The notes under the pieces are model-generated. The model saw nothing but the letters and a program-made list of their open reading frames with translations. It was not told the origin of the DNA and did not search any database. Source: an uncultured virus (IMG/VR IMGVR_UViG_3300013131_000040) (taxonomy: Duplodnaviria > Heunggongvirae > Uroviricota > Caudoviricetes). From it: a stretch of 64,000 bases of DNA. Positions 39,844 to 49,650 of this stretch are shown here, piece after piece. Made by a program: the position numbers and the translations under genes. The DNA is taken from IMG/VR virus record IMGVR_UViG_3300013131_000040. One strand, given 5' to 3'. Each line of letters begins with the position of its first letter. Positions within the stretch are counted from its first letter, which is position 1.

Positions 39844-40413
39844 ATGCTCGATTTCGTCAAGAGATTGCATTGGCAGTATTCATCTGCCGGTATGCCTCCC
39901 AAGGTGAGGCTCCGCACAGCCTACCATGAAGCTGGCCACGCCTACTTCATGTCTAAGTCTCAGCTCTGGAAAAACATCAATATCAGGCTCAACGCCACTG
40001 GCGGCCTTGCTCACTCGGAGTACGGCAATCGTTCTGCATTCTCAGACGCAGAAGCTGGCTGGCTGATTCTCCGCATGGTTCTGGCGGGAGCCGTAGCAGA
40101 ACAATACTTTTTCGGCGCATACTCTAAGTACGGCACATGGGCAGATGTTTCTAATGGCATCGAGCTTGTTACCGGCAGAGAAGCCCCGATGATGGCATAT
40201 GTAGACAACGAATTGCTTTCTTATAAGCTCAGCTCTGTTCAGAGGATGCTGCCGCCAAGCGTCAACGATAATACCCGAAAGGTGATTGCATCAGCAGTTG
40301 ACTCTGCTATCCACTGTATCCACCGGGACCACGCCAAGGTACGGGAACTAGGCAAGGCGCTGTATCGCAAGTCGTACTTAAACGACAGGGAAATCAGAAA
40401 GATTCTGGAATGA
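39844..40413 (+). CDS. Stand-alone FtsH/M41-like zinc peptidase domain
   Basis: TAYHEAGHA, LAGAVAEQYFFG, G...D; no AAA or TM domain. Confidence 0.75.
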   Translation: MLDFVKRLHWQYSSAGMPPKVRLRTAYHEAGHAYFMSKSQLWKNINIRLNATGGLAHSEYGNRSAFSDAEAGWLILRMVLAGAVAEQYFFGAYSKYGTWADVSNGIELVTGREAPMMAYVDNELLSYKLSSVQRMLPPSVNDNTRKVIASAVDSAIHCIHRDHAKVRELGKALYRKSYLNDREIRKILE

Positions 40414-40960
40414 GGCGCCGCTGTATTGGTGCCTTTGTGCACGCACTCTATGTGCTACTGGCGATTTATGGATTTGCCGTAGAATCTGCCTCTAAAAGCA
40501 AAAGCTAATTACCTGCGAGGAACTATGTTGGCATTTCTAAAGCTATTGGCACTACGCCCCCGTCTGGCAGCAGTGACGCTGATCAGCCTTGGCGCGCTAT
40601 TCTCCTGCATCGAATCATGCCTTGATGATGACGATGATGACGATGATGACGATGACGAAGAAGGCGAAGTAGACGGTGACCCCTGCGAAGGTGCCGCTGG
40701 ATGTGAAAAAATCCCTGACTAAAAGGTGATATACATGGAATCATACTCTACTGAAGTTTGGTGCAAGGGTGAAGTAGTTCTGGCGATTAGCGATCTGCCA
40801 GATGCCATTCTGGGCCTGACTGACCGCACGATTGTAAACTGGTACAGGGAGCTTGCTGCCGCTAACAAGTGGGCTGCCTTTTGCAAGAATTTCGACGAAG
40901 GCCGCTTTAGGTGTGCCAGTATCCCACATGCTGGCTATGTTCTACGTGTAATCAAAAGGA

Positions 40961-42304
40961 ATGAAAATGACAACGTTTGATCTCCGCAGCGACACCACTC
41001 ATCACCGCGTTTTCATCAGGATTGGTGCTGACGCAGTCAATGGCGCTATGGAAGAAGCCGCTCGCGGACTTCAAGCTGTCATGGCTCTACCGCCTCACCC
41101 AAAAGGTCAGGTTCCTCTTGACCTCATTATGAAGCGGTTTGGTTCTCAGTTCCGCTCCGGTGTAACCGAGAAGCTGATCATGAAGGCTACCGGTGAGGCC
41201 ATCTATTCTCTCGGTCTGCGTACAGGTGCAGACCCACAGCTAGATGAGGCATATCGCGTGCGCCCAGACAAGAAGTGGCTTGGGGTGTTCGCAGAGGATG
41301 GCTGTCTTGAATTCAGTGTTTCGTGGCCCCGCCCAGCAACGGTCGAACTAAAGGATTACTTTGGCATTACTGTAGAGGTCGACGAAGGCGACCGTGACGC
41401 GGCGATTGCAAATCAGCTGCGAGTGCTTCAGCTTAAGACTTCGTCAAACAAGCCTGTTGAGCGGGAGGTCACTCCAGAGGATGTGGTTGTTGTTGATCTT
41501 GTTGGCAGTGACAGCGATGGCAATGAGATCCACGGTGCCCGGTTTAATGACCTTGTATTCCGGCCCAAGATGAAAGGCGGTCGCCAAATTAGCGACAAGC
41601 TCAACCAGGTTGTTATTGGTGCCAAGGCCGGCGACCAGGTAACTTTCGAAGAGACCTATGATGACAAGCATCACGACCGCTATCTCCGTGGGCAAAAAGT
41701 AAACTTTACCTGCACGGTCAAGGAAGTATGCGAGTCTGTTGTGCCGGATATTGATGAGGAGTTTGCCAAGACTGCTGGTTACGACAGCCTCGATGCACTG
41801 AGGGAAAAGATCGGCCAAGAGTGGGATCGTGGTAATGCTGCAAATGTAAGGCAGCAAAAGCGCATCCAGGTACGCAAGGGGGTTGTTGCCGCTAACCCTC
41901 TGCCCGTAGACGAGGCCGAGCTGCTGCGCTTCTGCGAGTCTGCTGCCCAGCAGTTTGGCGTCAAGTATAGTGATCTGCTGCTTCAGCCCGAGACGGCAAA
42001 GCTGGCAGAATCCATCCGGGAAGAGCAGAAGGAGGTCCTTGTCTATAACGACATCCTTGATCGCGTATTTGATCTTCACGCCGGAGAGCTGCTTCTAAAA
42101 GAAGAAGATATTCTTAAGTATGCAGCCGCCGATGCTCAGCCGGGCGTAGCACCCGAGGAGGAGTTGCAAGCCAAGAAGAGCAAGCCTGCTGTGTATGCTG
42201 CATGGCTACAGCGCAGTCAGCGGCAGAAGGTTGCAGACTGGCTATGTGATTCCGCTGTAATCGTTAAGCGCGCTGCCGCAGAAGAAACAAGCAGCGCAGA
42301 GTGA
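40961..42304 (+). CDS. tig: Trigger factor (divergent)
   Basis: N-domain KGQVP...KRFG, P..VELKDY.GI, FKBP-like region, PDIDEEFAK..GYDSL..LR, helical C-domain; 447 aa. Confidence 0.82.
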   Translation: MKMTTFDLRSDTTHHRVFIRIGADAVNGAMEEAARGLQAVMALPPHPKGQVPLDLIMKRFGSQFRSGVTEKLIMKATGEAIYSLGLRTGADPQLDEAYRVRPDKKWLGVFAEDGCLEFSVSWPRPATVELKDYFGITVEVDEGDRDAAIANQLRVLQLKTSSNKPVEREVTPEDVVVVDLVGSDSDGNEIHGARFNDLVFRPKMKGGRQISDKLNQVVIGAKAGDQVTFEETYDDKHHDRYLRGQKVNFTCTVKEVCESVVPDIDEEFAKTAGYDSLDALREKIGQEWDRGNAANVRQQKRIQVRKGVVAANPLPVDEAELLRFCESAAQQFGVKYSDLLLQPETAKLAESIREEQKEVLVYNDILDRVFDLHAGELLLKEEDILKYAAADAQPGVAPEEELQAKKSKPAVYAAWLQRSQRQKVADWLCDSAVIVKRAAAEETSSAE

Positions 42305-42480
42305 AGCATGGCAGCATATCTGATAGTTGGCCTAGCTACTTCGGGCTGGATTGTTAGCAATAGCGATGACAGGCTAGGAATGGCCGATGCCGCTATGATA
42401 GTACTAATGTGGCCGCTTGTTTTTGCGGCCATCCTTTCTAATGGAAAATAACCAGTCCGGCAGGACAGAACGGCAGGCAG

Positions 42481-43299
42481 ATGGATACCTGTATATATCA
42501 CGCTAACTGCGCAGATGGCATTATGAGCGCGGTAGTCTGCGCGCTCGCAAACCCCGGCATTACTCTGTACGCTGCTAGCGACCGGGTCAATCCGCCCCCT
42601 GCTGAGCTGATTGATGGCAAAGAAGTTGTTATTGCAGACTTCAGCTATCCTCTGGATGTCATCAAGGATATTCACAGCCGGGCGCGAAGCCTTGTTCTAC
42701 TGGATCACCATCAGACTGCCGAGAAGGCACTAGGTCATCTGCCGTATTGTATTTTCGAAAAAGACAAGTCAGGCGCTCAGGTTTGTTGGGATTTCTTTTT
42801 TCCCGGTCAGAGCCAGCCGCTGCTCCTACAGGCAGTGGGCGAGGCTGATCGTGGCCGCAGCGATCTGCCATTTACCCGTTCGCTAATGGTTATGGCCGAA
42901 GTTCTGCCGTTTGAGGCAGAGCGGTGGCTGGAACTCTTAATGCGTGTTGAGTCAGACCTCGAGGGCCAGATCAAGCACGCCGAAGCTATTTCATTATGGC
43001 GCTCAGAGAAAATCAACCGCATCCTGGAAAAGAGCTTTCTTACGGAGATTGCAGGTCGCCTTGTGCCGGCAGTCAACTCAGCAGATTTCAAATCTGAGAT
43101 AGGCCGGCGCCTTTGCAAGGGGCATGACTTCGCCGCAATATTCAGCGGCTCTGAAGGTCGCTGGTATATTAGCCTGCGGTCTTCGCCAGAAGGAATGGAT
43201 GTAGCAGAAATAGCTGAAAAGTTTGGCGGTGGCGGGCACCGCAATGCTGCGGCATACATATCGGAACGGGCGCTGGTAAACGCGGAGGCGGAAGAATGA
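42481..43299 (+). CDS. DHH/DHHA1 phosphoesterase
   Basis: YHANCADG, ADFS, LDHH, SGA, SLRS, FGGGGHRNAA. Confidence 0.88.
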   Translation: MDTCIYHANCADGIMSAVVCALANPGITLYAASDRVNPPPAELIDGKEVVIADFSYPLDVIKDIHSRARSLVLLDHHQTAEKALGHLPYCIFEKDKSGAQVCWDFFFPGQSQPLLLQAVGEADRGRSDLPFTRSLMVMAEVLPFEAERWLELLMRVESDLEGQIKHAEAISLWRSEKINRILEKSFLTEIAGRLVPAVNSADFKSEIGRRLCKGHDFAAIFSGSEGRWYISLRSSPEGMDVAEIAEKFGGGGHRNAAAYISERALVNAEAEE

Positions 43300-43796
43300 T
43301 CAATTGTGACAGTGTAAGCACAACAAAGCTGAAGCAGCGAGCTGCTAGCGAGCAATTAATCTGGTCAGCTCTGCCACCAATGAAAGCCAGCGGAATGAGA
43401 AAAAAGCAAAATTACAACAGCTCTTTTCCTGACGGCAGTGCTTCTGTTATTATCGTAGAGCAGGATGGCTTGATCCTAGCGGTTAGCAGGAAGGATGATC
43501 ACTCTGATCTAGGTTTGCCAGGCGGCAAGATCGAAGCGGGCGAGACACCGCTGACAGCCGCATGTCGTGAGGCTGTAGAGGAAACAGGTGCTACGTTATG
43601 CAACCCTTTCCTAGTTGGGATTGCTGACGTAGGCACCATCAAAGTTTTTATCTACCGCGCTGAGATCTTTGGAGACGTACGGGATCATGTCAATTCTGAA
43701 GGCGCACTCGTAAAATGGGTAAAGCCTGAGCAGATCTGCACGGGTTCATTTGGTCAATTTAATACGGACTTTATTCTGCCTGCTCTCGCCCGCTAG
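43296..43796 (+). CDS. Nudix hydrolase
   Basis: Nudix box GGKIEAGETPLTAACREAVEETG. Confidence 0.88.
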   Translation: MINCDSVSTTKLKQRAASEQLIWSALPPMKASGMRKKQNYNSSFPDGSASVIIVEQDGLILAVSRKDDHSDLGLPGGKIEAGETPLTAACREAVEETGATLCNPFLVGIADVGTIKVFIYRAEIFGDVRDHVNSEGALVKWVKPEQICTGSFGQFNTDFILPALAR

Positions 43797-43797
43797 G

Positions 43798-43831
43798 CCG
43801 GGTCGGGCCTAAACCCGGTCCCGCCCGATCC
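43798..43831 (+). promoter_or_regulatory. Dispersed 34-bp element copy 11
   Basis: CTAAA 43809-43813, GATCC 43827-43831. Confidence 0.6.
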
Positions 43832-43864
43832 CCTCCGACGACGACCCCGCAAAGGACAACGCAA

Positions 43865-45139
43865 ATGCTTACCGAGAAACTGCTAGATGATTGGATTCGG
43901 ACATCGCAGAATGTCCTCCTTGTCGGCCCTCATGGGATTGGCAAGACCGAGCAAGTGCTGGCTGCCATGAAGCGCAATGGCATTAAGTATGCCTACTTCT
44001 CAGCATCAACCATGGACCCGTTCGTAGATTTTGTAGGCGTTCCTAGGGTAGTTGAAGACGAGAACGGTCGCTGGCTTGACTTTATCAAGCCCAAGGTATT
44101 CGCCAACAACGACATCCAGGTTATCGTTGTAGACGAGTTCAATCGTGCTCCAAAGAAGGTGCGCAATGCCCTGATGGAAGCGATCCAGTTCAAGTCGATC
44201 AATGGCGTGCCAATGCCCAATCTCAAGATGATCTGGGCGATGGTCAATCCTCACGATGAGGAGGATACCTATGATGTTGACCGGCTTGATCCCGCTCAAG
44301 AAGATCGCTTTCAGATCAAGGTTGTCCTACCCAACGGCCCTTCCCTTAAATATTTCAAGGATACCTATGGCGTACTGGGCGAGATTGCTCACCGCTGGTG
44401 GGGCAAGATTGACGAGAAGCTGCGAAAGAAAAGCGTTGTTTCGCCCCGCCGTCTAGAGTATGCAATCCAGGCCTACCAAGCTGGTCTTGACATTGACTAC
44501 GTACTGCCCAAGGAAGTTAACGTAAAAGATCTAAAAGCCGAGCTTAACAAGTCTGGGCTAATGAGCCGGCTTCCACAGCTCCGCAAGCTGGACGTGAATG
44601 GCCTGCGCAAAGAGATCCAGGGCAACGGGAATCTGCGGGATCTTGTCATGGGCGAGATCCTAGAGGGCAAGTTCCCCGTGGCAATGATCGAAGCCATGAC
44701 CGACGAGGAGATCGTAAACAAGTGCAGTGTGGCTAGCGTTCGTGGTTTTATTGTCGAGCGTATCATGACTGGCGATTCCCGATTCACATCACTAGCTGCG
44801 GAGATTTCAAAGAGTCCGCCTTCCAAGACCGCTGACAAGGGCGTGGCAGATTCGATTAAGGCATTCGCCTCGGCAATCGAGAAGGCTAAGAAAGAAGCGC
44901 AGAAAAAGATTACTGCCAAGGCCAGACAGGATGGCGTAAACAGCGAAACCCTGAAGCGCCAGCTAGGCGTGCTTTTTCAGCCTACGCTCGGTCGCGAGGA
45001 GTTGCAGGAACTGCTAAAGACCAATCGCAAGGCCATCTCTGCTGACGAAGTAATGCGTCAGCTTATTGTCAAGGCAACGCAGATTGCGATTAATCGAGAG
45101 CTGATCTCCGAGGTTGCCCGCGAGCTAAAGATTATCTGA
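43865..45139 (+). CDS. MoxR-type AAA+ ATPase (second copy)
   Basis: GPHGIGKT, VVDEFNRA, AMVNP, LDPAQEDRF, SPRR. Confidence 0.9.
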   Translation: MLTEKLLDDWIRTSQNVLLVGPHGIGKTEQVLAAMKRNGIKYAYFSASTMDPFVDFVGVPRVVEDENGRWLDFIKPKVFANNDIQVIVVDEFNRAPKKVRNALMEAIQFKSINGVPMPNLKMIWAMVNPHDEEDTYDVDRLDPAQEDRFQIKVVLPNGPSLKYFKDTYGVLGEIAHRWWGKIDEKLRKKSVVSPRRLEYAIQAYQAGLDIDYVLPKEVNVKDLKAELNKSGLMSRLPQLRKLDVNGLRKEIQGNGNLRDLVMGEILEGKFPVAMIEAMTDEEIVNKCSVASVRGFIVERIMTGDSRFTSLAAEISKSPPSKTADKGVADSIKAFASAIEKAKKEAQKKITAKARQDGVNSETLKRQLGVLFQPTLGREELQELLKTNRKAISADEVMRQLIVKATQIAINRELISEVARELKII

Positions 45140-45149
45140 CGGAGTAGCA

Positions 45150-46478
45150 ATGTCGACTGAGTGCCTATCAGATGACGAGTGGTCGAGTCTAGCAAAACAG
45201 CTAGAGGACTACCACTCGGTTTTTTCTAAATTCTGGTCGATGGGAAAGCCGACTGTAACGCGGGAGATCCCGACGTGCGCCGTAGCCTTTGACAAGGCCG
45301 GACAGCAGATCATGTGGTCAGTCAATCCAGATTTCTGGGGCACCCTGTCAGAAAAGGGCAAGCTTTTTGCCATTGCCCACGAGTGTATGCACGTCATCTT
45401 TAGTCACGGCATTCGCTCTACTGAGCTGCTTAAGACTGTAGATCCAGGCACACTGAATGCTGCGATGGATATTGCGGTCAACTCGCATCTTGAAAGCCAC
45501 TATGGTTTTCGTCGTGACGAGGTTGAGCCAGATGGCGTGCGGTATATCTGGCTAGATGAAGTCCTGCCTGGCGAGCCAGCTGGTAAAAGTTTTGAATATT
45601 ATGCCAACGCTCTGCTGAGTAAAAATCCCGAGGCAAAGCTAAAGAACAAGGCTAGCCCTAACCGGGAATCTGGCGAAGGAGGTGGCAGGCCACAAACCGT
45701 AGATGATCACAGGGATCTCGCAGGATTCGGCGGGGGTGATCTGGCCGACATGCTTAAGCGCACACTTGACTCTGGCAATACGGAAGAACTGGCTGAAATG
45801 GCCGGATCTGACGCAACTCCAGAGATGGAGAAGAGTGCAGCTGCCGCAGCCAAGGGGCTGCGTGCTGGTAAGCATCCGGGTGATACGGTTCTCGAGATTG
45901 CATCTGCGAAATGGATTCGACCTAAACCCCGTTGGGAAAGCGTAGTCAAGAAATGGGCACTGCGTGCCGCAGATGAGTTTGCAGAAGCCCCTGTTTGGAC
46001 ACAGCAGAGCCGCCGAATTGATCCGTCAATGATGGGCGATTGTATGCTACCTGCGCTCGGCGAGAGCGAGGGCGACGAGAAAAAGCGGATTAGAGTTTCA
46101 TTCTTTCTTGATACAAGTGGCAGCTGCATTAGCTATGCAGAGCGGTTTTTCAAGGCTGCACGCACACTTGACCCACGCCGGTTTGATGTCAAGCTGTACT
46201 GCTTTGATACCCGCGTATATGAGACAGATCTAAAAACTGCAAAAGTTTACGGGGGAGGAGGAACCAGCTTTAGCATTATCGAGCGACGTATTCAGGCAGA
46301 GATGGCCGAGAAAGACTCCGCTTACCCGCACGCGGTATGGGTGTTGAGTGACGGCTATGGCAACGATGTGCATCCAGAAAAGCCAAAACGCTGGCACTGG
46401 TTCCTGACAGCGGGCGGCTCTAGGGATTATGGTATCCCTGCCGATTCGCATGTACACAAGCTTTCTGATTTCGAGTGA
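45150..46478 (+). CDS. HExxH metallopeptidase-like + vWA protein (second copy)
   Basis: HECMH, NAAMDIAVN, DTSGS, GGGGT, LSDG. Confidence 0.85.
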   Translation: MSTECLSDDEWSSLAKQLEDYHSVFSKFWSMGKPTVTREIPTCAVAFDKAGQQIMWSVNPDFWGTLSEKGKLFAIAHECMHVIFSHGIRSTELLKTVDPGTLNAAMDIAVNSHLESHYGFRRDEVEPDGVRYIWLDEVLPGEPAGKSFEYYANALLSKNPEAKLKNKASPNRESGEGGGRPQTVDDHRDLAGFGGGDLADMLKRTLDSGNTEELAEMAGSDATPEMEKSAAAAAKGLRAGKHPGDTVLEIASAKWIRPKPRWESVVKKWALRAADEFAEAPVWTQQSRRIDPSMMGDCMLPALGESEGDEKKRIRVSFFLDTSGSCISYAERFFKAARTLDPRRFDVKLYCFDTRVYETDLKTAKVYGGGGTSFSIIERRIQAEMAEKDSAYPHAVWVLSDGYGNDVHPEKPKRWHWFLTAGGSRDYGIPADSHVHKLSDFE

Positions 46479-46480
46479 GG

Positions 46481-46514
46481 ACGGGCCGGGCCTAAACCCG
46501 GCGCCGCCCGATCC
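46481..46514 (+). promoter_or_regulatory. Dispersed 34-bp element copy 12
   Basis: CTAAA 46492-46496, GATCC 46510-46514. Confidence 0.6.
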
Positions 46515-46805
46515 CGGTGGACGGTCGGCGGGACCACCGACCGGGGCAGATGGCAGTAATTCTGCTGCCGCTGCTTTAGTGGTCCTTGCTTGCGGATGCA
46601 GGCAATAGCAATATGGAAAAAAGCATGAAGACTTCACTACTTCGCAGCCTACAGTTTAACGAGCTTAAGCGTCTTGAGAAGGATCTGTTTGCGGAGCTGC
46701 GCAGCGCTGGGGCAGATCACACTGTTGCCATCCAGCGTGATATTGCTTGGGTGCAGAAGTGCCTCCAGGAGAAAATGGAAGACGTACGGCGTAACTGACG
46801 GCGCG

Positions 46806-46835
46806 GCGGGCCGCTACCGTAGCGGCCCGCTTTTT
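46806..46835 (+). terminator. Rho-independent terminator
   Basis: GCGGGCCGCTA-ccg-TAGCGGCCCGC followed by T5. Confidence 0.85.
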
Positions 46836-47209
46836 ATTATCGGCAAAAATCTACACAAAGGACTGGTGATAGCAATGGAGAGCCTTCCACCTTCTAGGCT
46901 AGTCAGACTTAGTCCAACGGTTTGGGCGGCTAGAATGCGCACTTTTCAGCCGGTAAGGCCTACGACCAGAGTGATCTATGCACATGCAAAACTTAAAAAA
47001 CCTGGGAAGCCGCAAGGTAATTAATGAGCTACTTGATATCCTTTCTAGGGGGAATTTGGCCTAAAGCTACGGAAAATAAAACAAAAGAGCAGGCAAGGCA
47101 GCCGTGGGAAGTTATCAGGGTAAGCAGCCCGCTGGAGGGCGTAGTCTTTTACGTGCTGGTCGCTACTAATAAGCCCACGATTTGAGTAAGTATTTTCTTA
47201 GAGGTAATT

Positions 47210-47800
47210 ATGAAAAAGATTCTAGACGGCCTGGCAGCGCTAGCCAACGAGGCAGACGCCGAAGGTAACATCCGCGTAGCAGACCAGATTGATAATCTGA
47301 TCAAGGTTATTGCAGCTTATGACGAGCATGCTGAGCCTGAAGAGATCTCTATGGAGCCGCTCGCAGTCACGGTTCCAGCCGATAAAAAAGCAGAAATAGA
47401 AAAGATGCATGAGCGCGCTCGTCTTGTTATGCAAGAGATCGTTCAGATGTTCAAGGCCGCGGGTGAACAGCCGCCTATGGCTGTTCCTGCTAGCAAGATT
47501 ACCGGACCACAGATACTGGAATTTCTAAAGATGGCAGGCCAGGGCGCTCCACTCACAGGATGGCACGACCTGATGAAGCGCCTTAACAACATCAAGGCGC
47601 AGACATCTGCGCACTTTGCAGTCGGTACACCTAGCCCATTTGGTGGCTCTGCTCCGGCGGCCTCTCCTCAGGACGCCAAGATTGAACGCCGTGATACCGA
47701 TGGGCAGGTTGCTTCAATTCCTACGCCAACTGCTGGTAGTGGTTCGGGTACCTTGAGCACTGGCACTAAGGGTGCTCCGGTACCGCCTGCCGTAAAGTGA
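47210..47800 (+). CDS. Protein with N-terminal ANELD-like module
   Basis: GAGG RBS; GLAALANEADAEGNIRVADQIDNLI; low-complexity C-terminus. Confidence 0.75.
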   Translation: MKKILDGLAALANEADAEGNIRVADQIDNLIKVIAAYDEHAEPEEISMEPLAVTVPADKKAEIEKMHERARLVMQEIVQMFKAAGEQPPMAVPASKITGPQILEFLKMAGQGAPLTGWHDLMKRLNNIKAQTSAHFAVGTPSPFGGSAPAASPQDAKIERRDTDGQVASIPTPTAGSGSGTLSTGTKGAPVPPAVK

Positions 47801-47866
47801 AAAAAACGGCGCTACTGCGCCGCCTTTTTCGCATCAAGAGCCACTCAGTAAAACGGGTGGCTTTTT
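47801..47866. terminator. Two hairpins between convergent genes (bidirectional terminator)
   Basis: A6-CGGCGC-tact-GCGCCG-..T5 and AGCCAC..GTGGCT-T4. Confidence 0.6.
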
Positions 47867-48524
47867 ATTTAGAGTCGCTCTCTAGGATGGCCTTTCTTAC
47901 TAGATCGGCTATCTGCTTATAATAGCTGCTAAAGGCACGCTTGCCACGCAGCTTGCTGGCATTAAGCACATATAGCTTGATGCCAGCGTCTTTAGCCATT
48001 CGCAGCTTGCGGGCATCATTCCGCAGCGTTTTCATGAACTTGGCCCAGTCACCCCGAACAGGGTAGTAGTGATAGGCGCCATGAATTTCAATAGCAATCT
48101 TCTTGCTTGGGAAGTAGATATCCAGCTCAGCGCCGATTGCAGAGTTAGAGCCGCAAATGACTTCTAGATCTGGGAAGTCCTGATGTAGCTGCTCCTCGAC
48201 AGCAACTTCTAGTGCAGAGCGAGTATGGAACTTCTTTCCCATGTAGTTAGACCAAATCGTACCACATTCTGGAGAGCAGAATATATTCCCGCTTTTTGAC
48301 TTGCGGTGTTCCGAAAGCAAGCGAGTAACCGACTTGCCGCAGATCTTACACGGCATTGTAATGCGCCGCTGGTAGTTCTTTACTCGGCAGGCGCGCGAAC
48401 AGAACAGCTTCTTGGTCAAGCCATTTTTCAACTTCCACACGGCTGAATGCCGAGGGACAAATGTCACCCCGCACTGAGGACACTCCAGCTCTTTTTTGGC
48501 AATCTTAAACAGATTGAATTCCAT
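47865..48524 (-). CDS. Zinc-finger + DUF559/Vsr-like endonuclease (homing-endonuclease-like)
   Basis: CPQCG..FCSRAC and CKICG..FCSPEC repeats; S.LE, ELDIYFP..KIAIEIHG.YHY, D..K. Confidence 0.7.
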   Translation of the reverse strand: MEFNLFKIAKKELECPQCGVTFVPRHSAVWKLKNGLTKKLFCSRACRVKNYQRRITMPCKICGKSVTRLLSEHRKSKSGNIFCSPECGTIWSNYMGKKFHTRSALEVAVEEQLHQDFPDLEVICGSNSAIGAELDIYFPSKKIAIEIHGAYHYYPVRGDWAKFMKTLRNDARKLRMAKDAGIKLYVLNASKLRGKRAFSSYYKQIADLVRKAILESDSK

Positions 48525-48602
48525 ATGCTAAATCCGCTTTATTGCTAGCCAACCACTTCCATCCGCCTGTAACCACTTACCTTTTATCCCTAGGAATAGC
48601 AA

Positions 48603-49307
48603 ATGTCAAAGTACGTATCGAACATCCTCAAGATTCTTGACAACGGAGATCTCCCAGAAGGACTGCGGGCTTCTAGCCCTGCCAAGATCTCGGTGAAAAA
48701 GAATAATGCTTTTGCCATCCCGGCTGGCAAGAACTTCGGCTGTATCGGCGAAACCGACGTATGTGCCAGCAAGTGTTATGCCAAGAAGGGCAATCACACC
48801 TGGCCTGCCGTACAGAATCTGCTCGCCCGCAACTGGAAGCTGCTCAAGCACTTCGAGGCCAATGCTGATAACGAGGGCGCTGTCCGGGCTCTCCTGGAAA
48901 TGATCCCAGAGAAAGCAGAGCTTTTCCGTATTCACGAGTCAGGTGACTTCTTCTCGCAATGGTACGTCGATGTTTGGGCGGAGGCTATCGCCGCCCGGCC
49001 AAATACAAAGTTCTGGTTCTACACCCGGTCATTTACTCTGGATTTCTCCGGTATGCAGAGCCTGCGCAATGTAACATGCTGGGCCAGTACAGACTCGGCT
49101 AATGAGAGCGAGGCACTGGCCTTTGTTAAAAACCACAGCTTTTTCCGCCATGCCTATGGCCCGATTGCCAAGAACGAGGAAAAGCCAGAAGGCAGCTTCT
49201 TCTGTCCCGCCACAGTAGGCAAGCTGGAAACCGCTGGTGCCTGCGAGAAGTGCCGGCTATGTACGGATTCCCGCACAACAAAGCATGTAGCATTCAGGGC
49301 TCACTGA
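48603..49307 (+). CDS. Phage gp88-like Cys-rich protein
   Basis: C......C...CYAKKG, FRIHESGDFF, FWFYTRS, CP...C..CRLC. Confidence 0.7.
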   Translation: MSKYVSNILKILDNGDLPEGLRASSPAKISVKKNNAFAIPAGKNFGCIGETDVCASKCYAKKGNHTWPAVQNLLARNWKLLKHFEANADNEGAVRALLEMIPEKAELFRIHESGDFFSQWYVDVWAEAIAARPNTKFWFYTRSFTLDFSGMQSLRNVTCWASTDSANESEALAFVKNHSFFRHAYGPIAKNEEKPEGSFFCPATVGKLETAGACEKCRLCTDSRTTKHVAFRAH

Positions 49308-49308
49308 C

Positions 49309-49638
49309 ATGAAGCTCTGGTTAGCAGAGCTGATACTGTCTGTATCTGAAGAGTACGGTATATCACCGACATCATGCGGCAGCTCTCCAGTTGGCGAGTC
49401 AGTTATTCAGTGGCCTGCTGGCCCCGACCGGCTGGCCGCTGCCTACTATCCAGATTTTAATCTCCTGAGAAAATGGAATAAGGATCCAAGCGATTATGGC
49501 TATGTGCAGCACTTGTTCTATTCCGATGGTCGGGTAGGGCAAATAACAACAGTTTCCGCCGGTTGGGTAAATGAAGAATGGTTTGACCCCGCCGGTAATT
49601 CAATCACTTACGAACGATTCGTTTCGATTTATTTTTGA
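49309..49638 (+). CDS. MKL-family small protein
   Basis: MKLWLAELILS; starts 1 nt after the upstream stop. Confidence 0.6.
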   Translation: MKLWLAELILSVSEEYGISPTSCGSSPVGESVIQWPAGPDRLAAAYYPDFNLLRKWNKDPSDYGYVQHLFYSDGRVGQITTVSAGWVNEEWFDPAGNSITYERFVSIYF

Positions 49639-49650
49639 CAGGATATCCTA

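Noticed and set aside
40624..40656. GAT/GAC repeat tract
   Set aside because: It is an in-frame poly-Asp run in a small membrane-anchored protein; length changes would not shift the frame.
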